DNA of 64,000 nucleotides from an uncultured bacterium (GTDB lineage Bacteria; Patescibacteriota; Minisyncoccia; Moranbacterales; UBA2206), in assembly GCA_903831805.1 (NCBI GenBank), contig CAIKZD010000017.1, forward strand, positions 77,249 through 141,248, in the 5' to 3' direction. Positions within the stretch are counted from its first letter, which is position 1. Each line of letters begins with the position of its first letter. Positions 55,520 through 64,000 of the stretch are shown here, in pieces. The translations under genes were made by a program, and so were the position numbers. A model generated the notes under the pieces. The model was not told where the DNA came from, ran no database searches, and saw only the letters and a program-made list of their open reading frames with translations.

Positions 55520-55741
55520 ATGGCAATTGATAAGGAGTTGGTCAAGTTGGAGGGAGAAGTGTTGGAAAATCTTCCTAACGCCACTTTTAAAATAAAATTA
55601 GATAATGGTCACGAAATATTGGCTCATATTTCCGGACGAATGCGCGTGAACTACATCCGCATGATTCCCGGAGACAGAGTGATTGTGGAAATGAGCCCAT
55701 ACGATTTAACTAAAGGTAGAATAGTGCAAAGATTAAAATAA
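55520..55741 (+). CDS. infA: Translation initiation factor IF-1
   Basis: [28 protein letters not shown]. Confidence 0.98.
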   Translation: MAIDKELVKLEGEVLENLPNATFKIKLDNGHEILAHISGRMRVNYIRMIPGDRVIVEMSPYDLTKGRIVQRLK

Positions 55742-55742
55742 T

Positions 55743-55856
55743 ATGAAAGTTCGAGCATCTGTGAAAAAAATTTGTGATAAATGCAAAACGATAAAGCGCA
55801 AAGGCAAGCTTTATGTGATTTGTTCTACGCCAAAACATAAACAACGCCAAGGTTAA
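55743..55856 (+). CDS. rpmJ: 50S ribosomal protein L36 (not in the ORF track)
   Basis: [37 protein letters not shown]. Confidence 0.98.
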   Translation: MKVRASVKKICDKCKTIKRKGKLYVICSTPKHKQRQG

Positions 55857-55925
55857 GTTAGCCATTAGCCATTAGCCATTAGCCGTTAGAGCTAAGAGCT
55901 AAGAGCTAAAAGCTAAAAGCTAAAA
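55857..55925. repeat. Inverted heptamer arrays (TTAGCCA)n / (GCTAARA)n filling the rpmJ-rpsM spacer
   Basis: ttagcca ttagcca ttagcca ttagccg ttaga gctaaga gctaaga gctaaaa gctaaaa gctaaaa. Confidence 0.9.
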
Positions 55926-55926
55926 T

Positions 55927-56313
55927 ATGTTACGAATTTCCGGGGTTAATATCCCAGACGAAAAAAGAATAGTTATTTCCCTGACCTATATCTACGGAAT
56001 CGGTCCGGCCACAGCCCAAAAGATTTTGGATGAGCTTAAGATTTCTCCCGAAAAAAGGACTAAGGAGCTTAATGAGAGCGAAGAGAATGAAATCAGAGCT
56101 TATGTGGAGAAAAAAATCAAGACAGAAGGTGATTTGAAATATGAGGTGCGCAACAATATCAAGCGCTTGAAAGAGGTGGGTTGCTATCGCGGTACGCGCC
56201 ATCAGAAAGGCTTGCCGGCGCGCGGCCAACGGACCAAGACCAATAATCGGACGGTGCGAGGCAATGTCAGACATACGATGGGCAGCGGTCGAGTCAAGAC
56301 CGAAAAGACGTAG
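55927..56313 (+). CDS. rpsM: 30S ribosomal protein S13
   Basis: RISGVNIP, LTYIYGIG, YRGTRH..GLPARGQRTKTN. Confidence 0.98.
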   Translation: MLRISGVNIPDEKRIVISLTYIYGIGPATAQKILDELKISPEKRTKELNESEENEIRAYVEKKIKTEGDLKYEVRNNIKRLKEVGCYRGTRHQKGLPARGQRTKTNNRTVRGNVRHTMGSGRVKTEKT

Positions 56314-56349
56314 ACCTTACAAATAGGAATAAATTTTTTAGAAATTATT

Positions 56350-56826
56350 ATGGCAGAGGTAGATAAAAAAAATGAGGCAGAAGAGAAAGCAGAAATAGTC
56401 GCAGACACTGATGTTTTAGCTGTGGAAAATGAAGCGGCGGAAAATCTAGCCAAGAAAAAAGTCAAGAAAGGGAAACGTCAAATCACGCGGGGCCGAGCGG
56501 TCATCAGATGCTCTTACAACAATACCGCAGTGAACATCGCAGATGCGCAAGGCAATATTCTCGCTTGGGCCACTTCCGGCCTGATGGGCTTTAAGGGCGC
56601 TAAGAAAGCCACGCCTTATGCGGCTACGCAAGTGGTGGCGAGCGTGACGGAAAAAGTGAAAAAATACGGACTGAAAGAATTGGAAGTTTTTGTCAAAGGA
56701 GTGGGCAGTGGACGAGAATCTTCGATTCGCGCGCTAGCCAATAATGGTTTCGATTTAATTTTAATTAAAGATATAACGCCTATTCCGCACAATGGTTGTC
56801 GGGCTAAAAAACCTAGAAGAGTATAA
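56350..56826 (+). CDS. rpsK: 30S ribosomal protein S11 with an N-terminal extension
   Basis: SYNNT, GFKGAKKATPYAA, DITPIPHNGCR. Confidence 0.98.
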   Translation: MAEVDKKNEAEEKAEIVADTDVLAVENEAAENLAKKKVKKGKRQITRGRAVIRCSYNNTAVNIADAQGNILAWATSGLMGFKGAKKATPYAATQVVASVTEKVKKYGLKELEVFVKGVGSGRESSIRALANNGFDLILIKDITPIPHNGCRAKKPRRV

Positions 56827-56828
56827 AT

Positions 56829-57461
56829 ATGGCACGAGATACTGAAGCAAAATGTAGAAAATGTAGACGAGCTGGCGAGAAGCTTTTTCTCAAGGGTGAT
56901 CGTTGTGGCACGCCGAAATGCGCGGTGACTCGTCGCGCCTATGCGCCGGGAGTGCATGGTAAGAAACCAGGCCGCGGCTTAAGCGAATATGGCTTACAAT
57001 TGGCGGCTAAACAGAAGCTGAAGAGAGTGTATGGCATTTTGGAAAGACAATTTAGGAAGCATTTTGATGATATTAAACATAAAAAAGGCATCACCGGGGA
57101 TCTGCTTCTGGCGCGCTTGGAAATGCGTCTGGACAATGTGATTTACCGTACTGGCCTCGCGGCTTCACGCGCACAAGCAAGACAGTTGGTGAATCATGGC
57201 CTCATCATTGTGGACGGGAAAAAGATGACTATTCCTTCTTATGAAATCAAGATCGGTCAAACGGCTGGGATGAATCCGAATAAGGCCGGTAAGAATTATT
57301 TCAAGAATCTAGAGCAAGCTATTAAAAATAAGCACGATTTTCCTTCTTGGTTCACTTTTGACGCCGCTACGGCGCTAGCCAAGATCGTGGCTGTCCCGAA
57401 TAAGGACGAAATCGGCGTCAATGTGGACGCACAAATCATCGTTGAATATTATTCTAGGTAA
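56829..57461 (+). CDS. rpsD: 30S ribosomal protein S4
   Basis: CRKCRRAGEKLFLKG, SEYGLQL, LEMRLDN, IVEYYSR. Confidence 0.98.
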   Translation: MARDTEAKCRKCRRAGEKLFLKGDRCGTPKCAVTRRAYAPGVHGKKPGRGLSEYGLQLAAKQKLKRVYGILERQFRKHFDDIKHKKGITGDLLLARLEMRLDNVIYRTGLAASRAQARQLVNHGLIIVDGKKMTIPSYEIKIGQTAGMNPNKAGKNYFKNLEQAIKNKHDFPSWFTFDAATALAKIVAVPNKDEIGVNVDAQIIVEYYSR

Positions 57462-57473
57462 ATTTAAAATAAA

Positions 57474-57537
57474 GCCGTTAGCCGTTAGCCTTTAGCTCTT
57501 AGGAGCTAACAGCTAATAACTAACAGCTAATAACTAA
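57474..57537. repeat. Inverted heptamer arrays in the rpsD-rpoA spacer
   Basis: gccgtta gccgtta gccttta gctctta gga gctaaca gctaata actaaca gctaata actaat. Confidence 0.88.
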
Positions 57538-57538
57538 T

Positions 57539-58513
57539 ATGCAAATATCTCTTCCTCAAAAACCAAAATATACCCCGACTGACGAAAAAACGGGCTTATT
57601 TGAAATTGAAGGATGCTATCCGGGCTATGGCACTACTTTGGGTAATGCTATTCGTCGCGTGCTCTTGTCTTCTATGCCTGGAGCGGCCGTCACATCAGTC
57701 AAAATTAAGAATGCCAAACATGAATTCTCAACTTTGCCGAATGTTATGGAAGATATCATTCAGATAATCCTTAATTTGAAACAAGTCCGATTCAGATTGT
57801 TTGATGAAGGACCGGTCAAGGTCAATTTGAAAGTGAAAGGTGAAAAGGTCATTACGGCTGCAATGATCGAATGTCCATCGAACCTGGAAGTGGTGAACTC
57901 TGATGCGCATATTGCGACCATCACCGGAGCCAAAGGCGAGTTGGAAATAGAAATGGAAATTTCGGCCGGTATCGGTTATGTTCCGGTGGAGCAACAAGAG
58001 CGCAAGGAAAAAGAAGTGGGCGTCATCGCTTTGGACGCAATCTATACTCCGGTGCGCCGAGTGAACTATACTATTTCCAATATGCGCGTGGGCAAGAAAA
58101 CCGATTTTGAAAAAATCAGCTTGGAGGTTATGACTGATGGCAGCGTTTCTCCCTTGGATGCTTTTTCTAAGGCCGTAGACATCCTGGTGAAGCAATTTTC
58201 TACATTAGTTGAAATGGAAGCACCGGCGAAAAAGACAAAAGTGACAGAAGTGTCCGCTCCGGAAGTCGTGATCGAAAAAGAAGTGGAAACGGTGGTCGCT
58301 TCCGACCCCAAGAGCGTTGAAATAACCGAACTGAAAAATTTATCCACCCGTACTTTGAATGTTTTGGAAAAAGGCAAGATTCGCAAGGTGGGTGACATCA
58401 TTAAATTGGATGAAGCCGCGCTTATGGAACTGGAAGGCATGGGCGCTAAGGGGGTAAAAGAGATTAGAAAAGCGATCGGTGATTTCGGATTGAATTTGAA
58501 GAAAGCAGAATAA
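57539..58513 (+). CDS. rpoA: RNA polymerase alpha subunit
   Basis: GYGTTLGNAIRRVLLSS, HEFST, DAIYTPV. Confidence 0.98.
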   Translation: MQISLPQKPKYTPTDEKTGLFEIEGCYPGYGTTLGNAIRRVLLSSMPGAAVTSVKIKNAKHEFSTLPNVMEDIIQIILNLKQVRFRLFDEGPVKVNLKVKGEKVITAAMIECPSNLEVVNSDAHIATITGAKGELEIEMEISAGIGYVPVEQQERKEKEVGVIALDAIYTPVRRVNYTISNMRVGKKTDFEKISLEVMTDGSVSPLDAFSKAVDILVKQFSTLVEMEAPAKKTKVTEVSAPEVVIEKEVETVVASDPKSVEITELKNLSTRTLNVLEKGKIRKVGDIIKLDEAALMELEGMGAKGVKEIRKAIGDFGLNLKKAE

Positions 58514-58551
58514 TATAAAGTAAAAGGTGAAAAGTAAAAGTTAAAGCGAAT

Positions 58552-58917
58552 ATGCAACATTTAAACAAGACAAAAGAATTTGGAAGAACCGCCAGTCAGA
58601 GGAAAGCCTTGTGGCGCACAATGCTGGGCAGCTTGATCATGAGCGAGCGCATTGAAACGACGGAGGCGAAAGCCAAGGAACTGAAAAATCAGATTGATCG
58701 CATCATCAATAAGGCCAAAAAACATCCTAAAGAAGGGGCACAAAAATTGGCCGTGAGAAGAGACATCAAAAAAGACATTCCGATGGCGGCAGTGGAAAAG
58801 ATGATGGGAGAATTTTTGAAAAGATTTGAAGGTCGCCAAAGCGGTTATACGCGAGTAATTAAACTGGCTCCGCGGAAAAGCGATAATGCAAGATTGGCTA
58901 TAATCGAATTCGTATAA
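58552..58917 (+). CDS. rplQ: 50S ribosomal protein L17
   Basis: ERIETTEAKAKEL, GYTRVIK. Confidence 0.97.
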   Translation: MQHLNKTKEFGRTASQRKALWRTMLGSLIMSERIETTEAKAKELKNQIDRIINKAKKHPKEGAQKLAVRRDIKKDIPMAAVEKMMGEFLKRFEGRQSGYTRVIKLAPRKSDNARLAIIEFV

Positions 58918-58924
58918 AAGCTTT

Positions 58925-59320
58925 ATGAAAAATATTACTAGAAAATATCATTTGTTCGATGCTAAGAGCAAACCCTTGGGCCGTTTGGCGACCGAAATTG
59001 CCACTGTCTTGCGCGGGAAGAACAAAGTTGACTTTACTCCGCATATCGACGGGGGAGACATTGCGGTTATCATCAATTCGGATGAGCTGGTTGTGACTGG
59101 CGCGAAACTGCGAGACAAGATGTATCATTATTTCAGCGGTTATCCCGGCGGCGTACGCAGCGTGCAACTCAAAGACAAGATTGAAGCGGATTCCCGGAAG
59201 GTCATTTCTGAAGCGGTCTATGGCATGTTGCCGAAAAACAAATTGCGTAACAGAATGATGACTCGGATGAAGATTTATAAAGACGATAAGCACGAGCATA
59301 AAATAGAAATAACCCACTAG
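58925..59320 (+). CDS. rplM: 50S ribosomal protein L13
   Basis: LGRLATEIA..LRGKNK..FTPHIDGGD, SGYPGG, GMLPKN. Confidence 0.98.
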   Translation: MKNITRKYHLFDAKSKPLGRLATEIATVLRGKNKVDFTPHIDGGDIAVIINSDELVVTGAKLRDKMYHYFSGYPGGVRSVQLKDKIEADSRKVISEAVYGMLPKNKLRNRMMTRMKIYKDDKHEHKIEITH

Positions 59321-59334
59321 ACAAGTTTAAATTT

Positions 59335-59793
59335 ATGGCGACTAAAAAGACAGTTGAAAAAGAAAAAACAGAAAAAGAACCTGCCAAGACTAAGGTCGCG
59401 GAGCGGTATTTTTATGCCATCGGCCGACGGAAGACTTCGGTAGCCAAGATAAAGCTTTTCCCTTCTAAGGAGGAGAATAATTCCATTGAAGTCAATGAAA
59501 AAAAAGTGGAAGACTATTTCCCGATAGAACGACTGTGGGTAATTGCGGCGTCTCCTTTGGAACTGATGGGTGACGCTAAATTTAGAGTAGTAGTGAAGGT
59601 TTCCGGCAGCGGGGTGAGTGCGCAAGCTGACGCTGTCCGTTTGGGAATTTCTCGTGCACTTGTAGTTTTTGATGAAACTTTGAAAAAGACTTTTAAAGAC
59701 AAAGGTTATCTGACGCGCGATCCGCGTGAAGTGGAACGCAAGAAACCGGGTCTCAAAAAAGCCCGCAAAGCTCCGCAGTGGGCGAAGCGCTAG
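59335..59793 (+). CDS. rpsI: 30S ribosomal protein S9
   Basis: GRRKTSVA, LTRDPREVERKKPGLKKARKAPQWAKR. Confidence 0.98.
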   Translation: MATKKTVEKEKTEKEPAKTKVAERYFYAIGRRKTSVAKIKLFPSKEENNSIEVNEKKVEDYFPIERLWVIAASPLELMGDAKFRVVVKVSGSGVSAQADAVRLGISRALVVFDETLKKTFKDKGYLTRDPREVERKKPGLKKARKAPQWAKR

Positions 59794-59832
59794 ACTAGCG
59801 CCACAGACCAAACACACAATCGACTATTCCCT

Positions 59833-59867
59833 AGGCGGAGTCTCTCGTAAGAGGACTCCGCCTTTTT
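59833..59867 (+). terminator. Terminator of the ribosomal operon
   Basis: aggcggagtc...gactccgcct followed by a T run. Confidence 0.85.
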
Positions 59868-59923
59868 GTGAGGACACGCGAATTGAACGAATGGGAGGCG
59901 AATAAAAACGAATATGTGCAACG

Positions 59924-59954
59924 CGTAGAGACGCAGCACTGCCTCGTCTCTACG
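59924..59954. repeat. GTAG-type REP palindrome
   Basis: cgtagagacg-N11-cgtctctacg. Confidence 0.75.
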
Positions 59955-59969
59955 GTGGCGAGAAATATG

Positions 59970-60016
59970 TTATCCACAGGCTGGATGGTTGACGGGGATA
60001 GTTAAGATGATATAAT
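59970..60016 (+). promoter_or_regulatory. DnaA box followed by a sigma70 promoter of the Bro-N gene
   Basis: TTATCCACA at 59970-59978; TTGACG-N16-TATAAT with extended TG. Confidence 0.6.
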
Positions 60017-60044
60017 ATCATTACTAAGTATTAATAAAATAAAA

Positions 60045-60878
60045 ATGAAAAAAGAGTTGGTATTTTTCGAAAATTTTAAGATTCGCCGCCATTATGATGA
60101 AAAGGCGGAAATTTGGTATTTTTCGGTGGTGGATATTATCGCTGTGCTTTTAGAACAAAAAGATTTTCAGGCTGCTAGAAATTATTGGAAAGTTTTGAAA
60201 AATCGCCTTAAATCTGAGGGTAGCGAAGTGGTTACAGAATGTAACCGGTTGAAAATGAAGGCAGAAGACGGAAAAATGCGTGAAACGGATGCCGCAAACC
60301 CAGAAACAATTTTTCGTCTAATTCAATCTGTGCCCAGTCCTAAAACTGAACCAATCAAATTGTGGTTGGCTAAAGTGGGTTATGAAAGAATCCAAGAAAT
60401 GTCCGATCCGGAAAAATCTTTGGATCGTGCGCGCGAAAATTGGGAGAGACATGGGCACACTAAGAAGTGGATCCAGCAAAGGATGATGGGACAGGAAATT
60501 AGGAATAAGCTGACTGATTATTGGCAAGATAACGGCGTCAAAGAAAAAGAAGAGTTTGCTATTTTGACCAATATCATTCATCAAGAATGGACAGGGCTAA
60601 CCGTCAAAGGACATAAGAAGTTAAAAGGTTTGAAAACACAGAACCTGCGCGACCATATGAGCGATGCGGAGTTGGTTTTCACAGCTCTCGCGGAATTGTC
60701 CACGCGTCAAATTGCCCAAACGTTGGAAGCTAAAGGTATGGGTGAAAATAAGGTGGCTAGCAAGCGTGGCGGGTCAGTCGCTAAGAAGGCAAGAATTGAT
60801 TTGGAATTGAAAACTGGTAAAAAAATAGTTTCGAAGGATAATTTTTTGCAAAAGCGACGTGTTGAGAAATTGAAATGA
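60045..60878 (+). CDS. Bro-N domain (phage antirepressor-like) protein
   Basis: IRRHYD...WYFSVVDII, YWKVLKNRL, RLIQSVPSPKTEPIKLWLAKVGYERI, NLRDHM. Confidence 0.85.
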   Translation: MKKELVFFENFKIRRHYDEKAEIWYFSVVDIIAVLLEQKDFQAARNYWKVLKNRLKSEGSEVVTECNRLKMKAEDGKMRETDAANPETIFRLIQSVPSPKTEPIKLWLAKVGYERIQEMSDPEKSLDRARENWERHGHTKKWIQQRMMGQEIRNKLTDYWQDNGVKEKEEFAILTNIIHQEWTGLTVKGHKKLKGLKTQNLRDHMSDAELVFTALAELSTRQIAQTLEAKGMGENKVASKRGGSVAKKARIDLELKTGKKIVSKDNFLQKRRVEKLK

Positions 60879-60884
60879 CGCAGC

Positions 60885-60893
60885 TGTGGATAA
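60885..60893 (-). promoter_or_regulatory. DnaA box
   Basis: TGTGGATAA, the perfect consensus on the minus strand. Confidence 0.5.
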
Positions 60894-60953
60894 CTTCCTG
60901 CAAAATAATGTTTCATAAAAAGGAAAAATCGGGTATAATAAAAATAGCGCTTC

Positions 60954-61032
60954 TGTCATTCCTGCGTAGGCAGGAATCCAGTCACATATCATTAAGTTTC
61001 TACACTAGATTCCCGTATACACGAGAATGACA
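60954..61032. repeat. Paired inverted REP-like element (TGTCATTCC...GGAATCC / GATTCCC...GAATGACA)
   Basis: tgtcattcctgcgtaggcaggaatcca ... tagattcccgtatacacgagaatgaca. Confidence 0.75.
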
Positions 61033-61156
61033 AATACGCGTAAGACTATTCCTAATAACATAAAGCATAATTTTTTTAAGCCTAACTAAATCTTTGCACT
61101 GCATGCATTGAGCGCTATGCGCTGGTGCCTAAAAGGTGCGGGAAACAACAAAATAA

Positions 61157-63597
61157 ATGAAAAATCTACTCTCTCTCTCTCTCTCTCTCTCTTAACTAAG
61201 AAAGTAAACTTTTTCCACCGAAACTTTTTCCGACTGGCGCTCATCATTTTCTGTGCCGGTTTTTTTGTGTTTGGATTTGGAGGTGAGGCGAAAACTAGTG
61301 TGGGTTCAAATTATTGGAAAACATATTTTTCCGGCCCGGAGCTGGAAGCGGTCAAGAAGAATGCGCAGAAATATACTCTGGCGCAAATCAAAAACAAAAG
61401 CGATCAATGGCACGGTGTCATTTCGGGTTTCAACATTAAAAACGGTTCTGTCACCAATGATGATATTGATAGCGTGGATGCCGGCAAAGTTAAAAATCTG
61501 GGAGATGTCATTGATAAAAGAATTTCTGAAAGTTCAACCCCTCAAGATTTTTCAGCTAGTCATTTGACTGGAACATATGCGGCGCTGAATGGTTCGAATA
61601 TCACGGGTATCACGGCAAGTCAAGTTGGGGCCATTCCATATAACGGCGACGGGTCAAGTCTATTAGGAGTTCAGCGAGTTGCAAATGTAACTGATTTTGG
61701 AGCGACAATGGATAATAATTCAGATGATGATATTGCTGCATTTGAGTCGGCAGCTTCCCATTCTTCAAATATCGTTGTACCTGGCAGTGGCACATATTCA
61801 ATTTCAAAATTTACCATTCCAGCTAATAATATAACAATATCGTGTCCAGAAAGGGCAATAATTAAACTTAAAGACGGTACAGATGATAATCTTATATATG
61901 CGCATCAAAAATCAGGAATTACAATTAATAATTGTGTACTAGATGGAAATCAAGCAAACCAAACTATTTATTCAGGATGGGCGATTTACGTAGAAGGAAG
62001 TTCGAATATTAAGATAGAAAATAATGAGGTGATGAATTCAGCAAATGAAGGTATAAGAGTTGTCGAATCGACTGAATGGTGGATAAGTAATAATTATACG
62101 CATAACAATGTTAATAGTGGCATCGTTTCATTAGGTGGTACCACAAACAATAGTGAACGTGGTCATATTATTGGAAATACGTCAGTCGAGGATGGTAATA
62201 TTGGCAATGGAGCTTCTTGCATTAGTGTTAATAGTCAATATACCGATGTAGCAAATAATACTGTGAAAAATTGTGGCGGATCGGGAGTTGGACATGGATT
62301 TACTATTGGGCACTACAGTGTTACGGGTCCAACATACGATGCATCATTCTCAACTTTTAGTAATAATATTATTGATACAGTAGTGTCTAGCTGTTATTTC
62401 ATAGATTCAGTGCAAGGAATCGAAATTGCAGGAGGTATTTGTAAAAATACAGGAAGTTTAGGACATGCCATTTCGGGATATACAGGTGCGACGTCATTGC
62501 TTCATCATGATATTAAAATTCATGACGTAATAATACAGTCTCCATATATAGGAAAAAATGCGATATCTCTTTATACTGGTTACAACTATTCAATTACTGA
62601 TAATATTATAACTGGTGTGCATAATGGAACTGGAATTGCTTTATATGGTGTTCAAGATTCACTCTTATCAAATAATATTTTGACAGGTAGTACTGGTGGA
62701 GGAAATGGCATAAATTTAGCAGCAACAGGTGGCATAGAATCAACCGGCAATGTGATTTCCGGCAATAAGATAAACACATTCAACCGTTGTCTTGCGAGTG
62801 CAAATTCCTCAACAAATAATAACTGGACAAGTAATGAATGCGTTGGTAGCGCTCAAATAAATAGTCTCGTTGGTACTAATAAACTTTGGGATGTTGGAGG
62901 TATTCCCGGCGGGCAGTCTATTACGGGCAGTACTGTTTCAACAGAGGGATTAATGCTACATTCTAACACTAGCAATAACGGTCTGATATCGTTAGGGTCA
63001 AATATTGTAGCGGATGAGGCTCATACTCGATTTGGAATAGGTATTGCGCCTTCAACAACATTGCAAGCAGTATCAACAACTGAACAACTGCGACTCGGCT
63101 ATGACTCTTCTAATCATGCATCATTTACTGTTGGATCGGCTGGAGCATTGACCATCCAGAATTCCGGCAGTGATATGCAACTTTATACTGGCGGAGTAGG
63201 AATTGTTCGAACGGGCTCTGCTACTGGAGACGCTGGGCAATTAAGAGTAAGAAGTAACGCGAAAGATGTTGCCACTCTGGGTGATACCGGAGGAGTTAAT
63301 GATGGTGGATTATTTTTATATAATAGTGATGGAACGACAAATAATGTCCTTCTTAGATCAAATGGAATGAGTTTTATTAACGGAGGCAACGTCGGCATTG
63401 GCACGACAACGCCTGCCGCCGCACTCGATGTCAACGGTCAAGTGAAAATCCAAAAAAGTTCTTCGCAGCCTTTTGCTTGCGATATGACGCACGATGCAAC
63501 TCTAGCGGTCACTAGCGCGTATCGAACTTGTATTTGCAAAGGTACGTCCACCACCTGGGTCTTCACCACTGACGGCACGACAAGTTGTATTTGGTAA
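61157..63597 (+). CDS. Large exported right-handed beta-helix / fibre-like surface protein; frameshifted at (CT)12 as assembled
   Basis: ATG at 61157 hits TAA at 61193-61195; the long frame continues with a signal-like hydrophobic stretch, NVTDFGA..DD..AF (pectate_lyase_3-like), Asn/Gly/Ile PbH repeats, GNVGIGTTTP and a Cys-rich tip. Confidence 0.75.
61169..61192 (+). repeat. (CT)12 simple sequence repeat
   Basis: 12 perfect CT units starting at codon 5 after the ATG at 61157. Confidence 0.95.
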
Positions 63598-63607
63598 AGA
63601 AAAATTT

Positions 63608-64000
63608 ATGACAAAGAAAAAAATAGTTATCATTATTGTTGGCGCGGTTGTTTTAGTGATTTTATTCTTTGGCATTTGGAAAAAGTTTTCAGCTAAAAAT
63701 AATCTCAAGCAACAACCGACAGTCGCAGTTGAATACAAAAATCCCAAAGCAGGGAACGCTGATGCCTATTCGCAGTGGCAGACCTATGACAACAAAAAAT
63801 ATGCTTTTCAGACGAAATATCCTTCTGATTGGCATGTTTTTGCTGACGACGCGGAGGCTGACTTGACCGAGCAAAAGCTGAACGGCGAAGTAATCAACCA
63901 AGGCGGTTCGGTTTTTTGGTCAAACAAGGATGATATAAATTACACTCAAGAATCCAAGCCGGCTGATTTTCATCTCTTGGGGCTTATGGTTTATGAAAAA
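63608..64000 (+). CDS. Membrane-anchored PsbP-like hypothetical protein, truncated by the window end
   Basis: MTKKKIVIIIVGAVVLVILFFGIW...WQTYDNKKYAFQTKYPSDW; open to the end of the window. Confidence 0.7.
   Translation, partial: MTKKKIVIIIVGAVVLVILFFGIWKKFSAKNNLKQQPTVAVEYKNPKAGNADAYSQWQTYDNKKYAFQTKYPSDWHVFADDAEADLTEQKLNGEVINQGGSVFWSNKDDINYTQESKPADFHLLGLMVYEK

Noticed and set aside
55857-57537. CRISPR array
   Set aside because: The repeats are 7-nt tandem units without unique spacers, and there are no cas genes.
59970-60893. Replication origin
   Set aside because: Only two DnaA boxes about 0.9 kb apart with a gene between them; no dnaA/dnaN or box cluster.
61108-61156. ORF-track TTG start giving an intact 829 aa protein
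   Set aside because: It yields an odd N-terminus (MSAMRWCLKGAG...). The ATG at 61157 has the genome-typical context and directly precedes the SSR. Disfavoured, not strictly excluded.
53232-63597. Prophage (baseplate-like, Bro-N and tailspike-like genes)
   Set aside because: The genes are dispersed around core ribosomal genes, two carry membrane or export signals, and there is no terminase, capsid or integrase.

Overview
Chromosomal segment of a Patescibacteria (CPR) bacterium, Parcubacteria/Moranbacteria-like. This is inferred from gene content (truncated AlaS, short Rel, sigma-r4/HARE-HTH protein, TrwB-like ATPase, FtsA-like plus baseplate-J-like pair, mostly SD-less AT-rich starts). Genetic code 11. 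The window contains an Ehr (Hyf-like, NiFe-less) membrane complex, leuS, yvcK, an NRAMP-family transporter, rlmN, dxs, a MacB-type ABC system, tRNA-Leu(CAA), parAB, a ~15 kb envelope/phospholipid-remodelling island with its own two-component system, rel, topA, dprA, mnmA, alaS, tyrS, the infA-rpsI (alpha) ribosomal operon, a Bro-N gene and a large beta-helix surface protein. Most notable: (1) heptamer tandem arrays and several REP-like palindromes at operon junctions and inserted in frame in essential proteins, including an identical 35-nt block in leuS and mnmA; (2) a (CT)12 tract that leaves the surface-protein gene one repeat unit out of frame, consistent with phase variation (OFF); (3) a split, re-fused MprF system with three copies of a candidate response-regulator box; (4) an unannotated Zn-finger microgene with an in-frame TAG. 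All family assignments come from motif recognition by eye; no searches were run.
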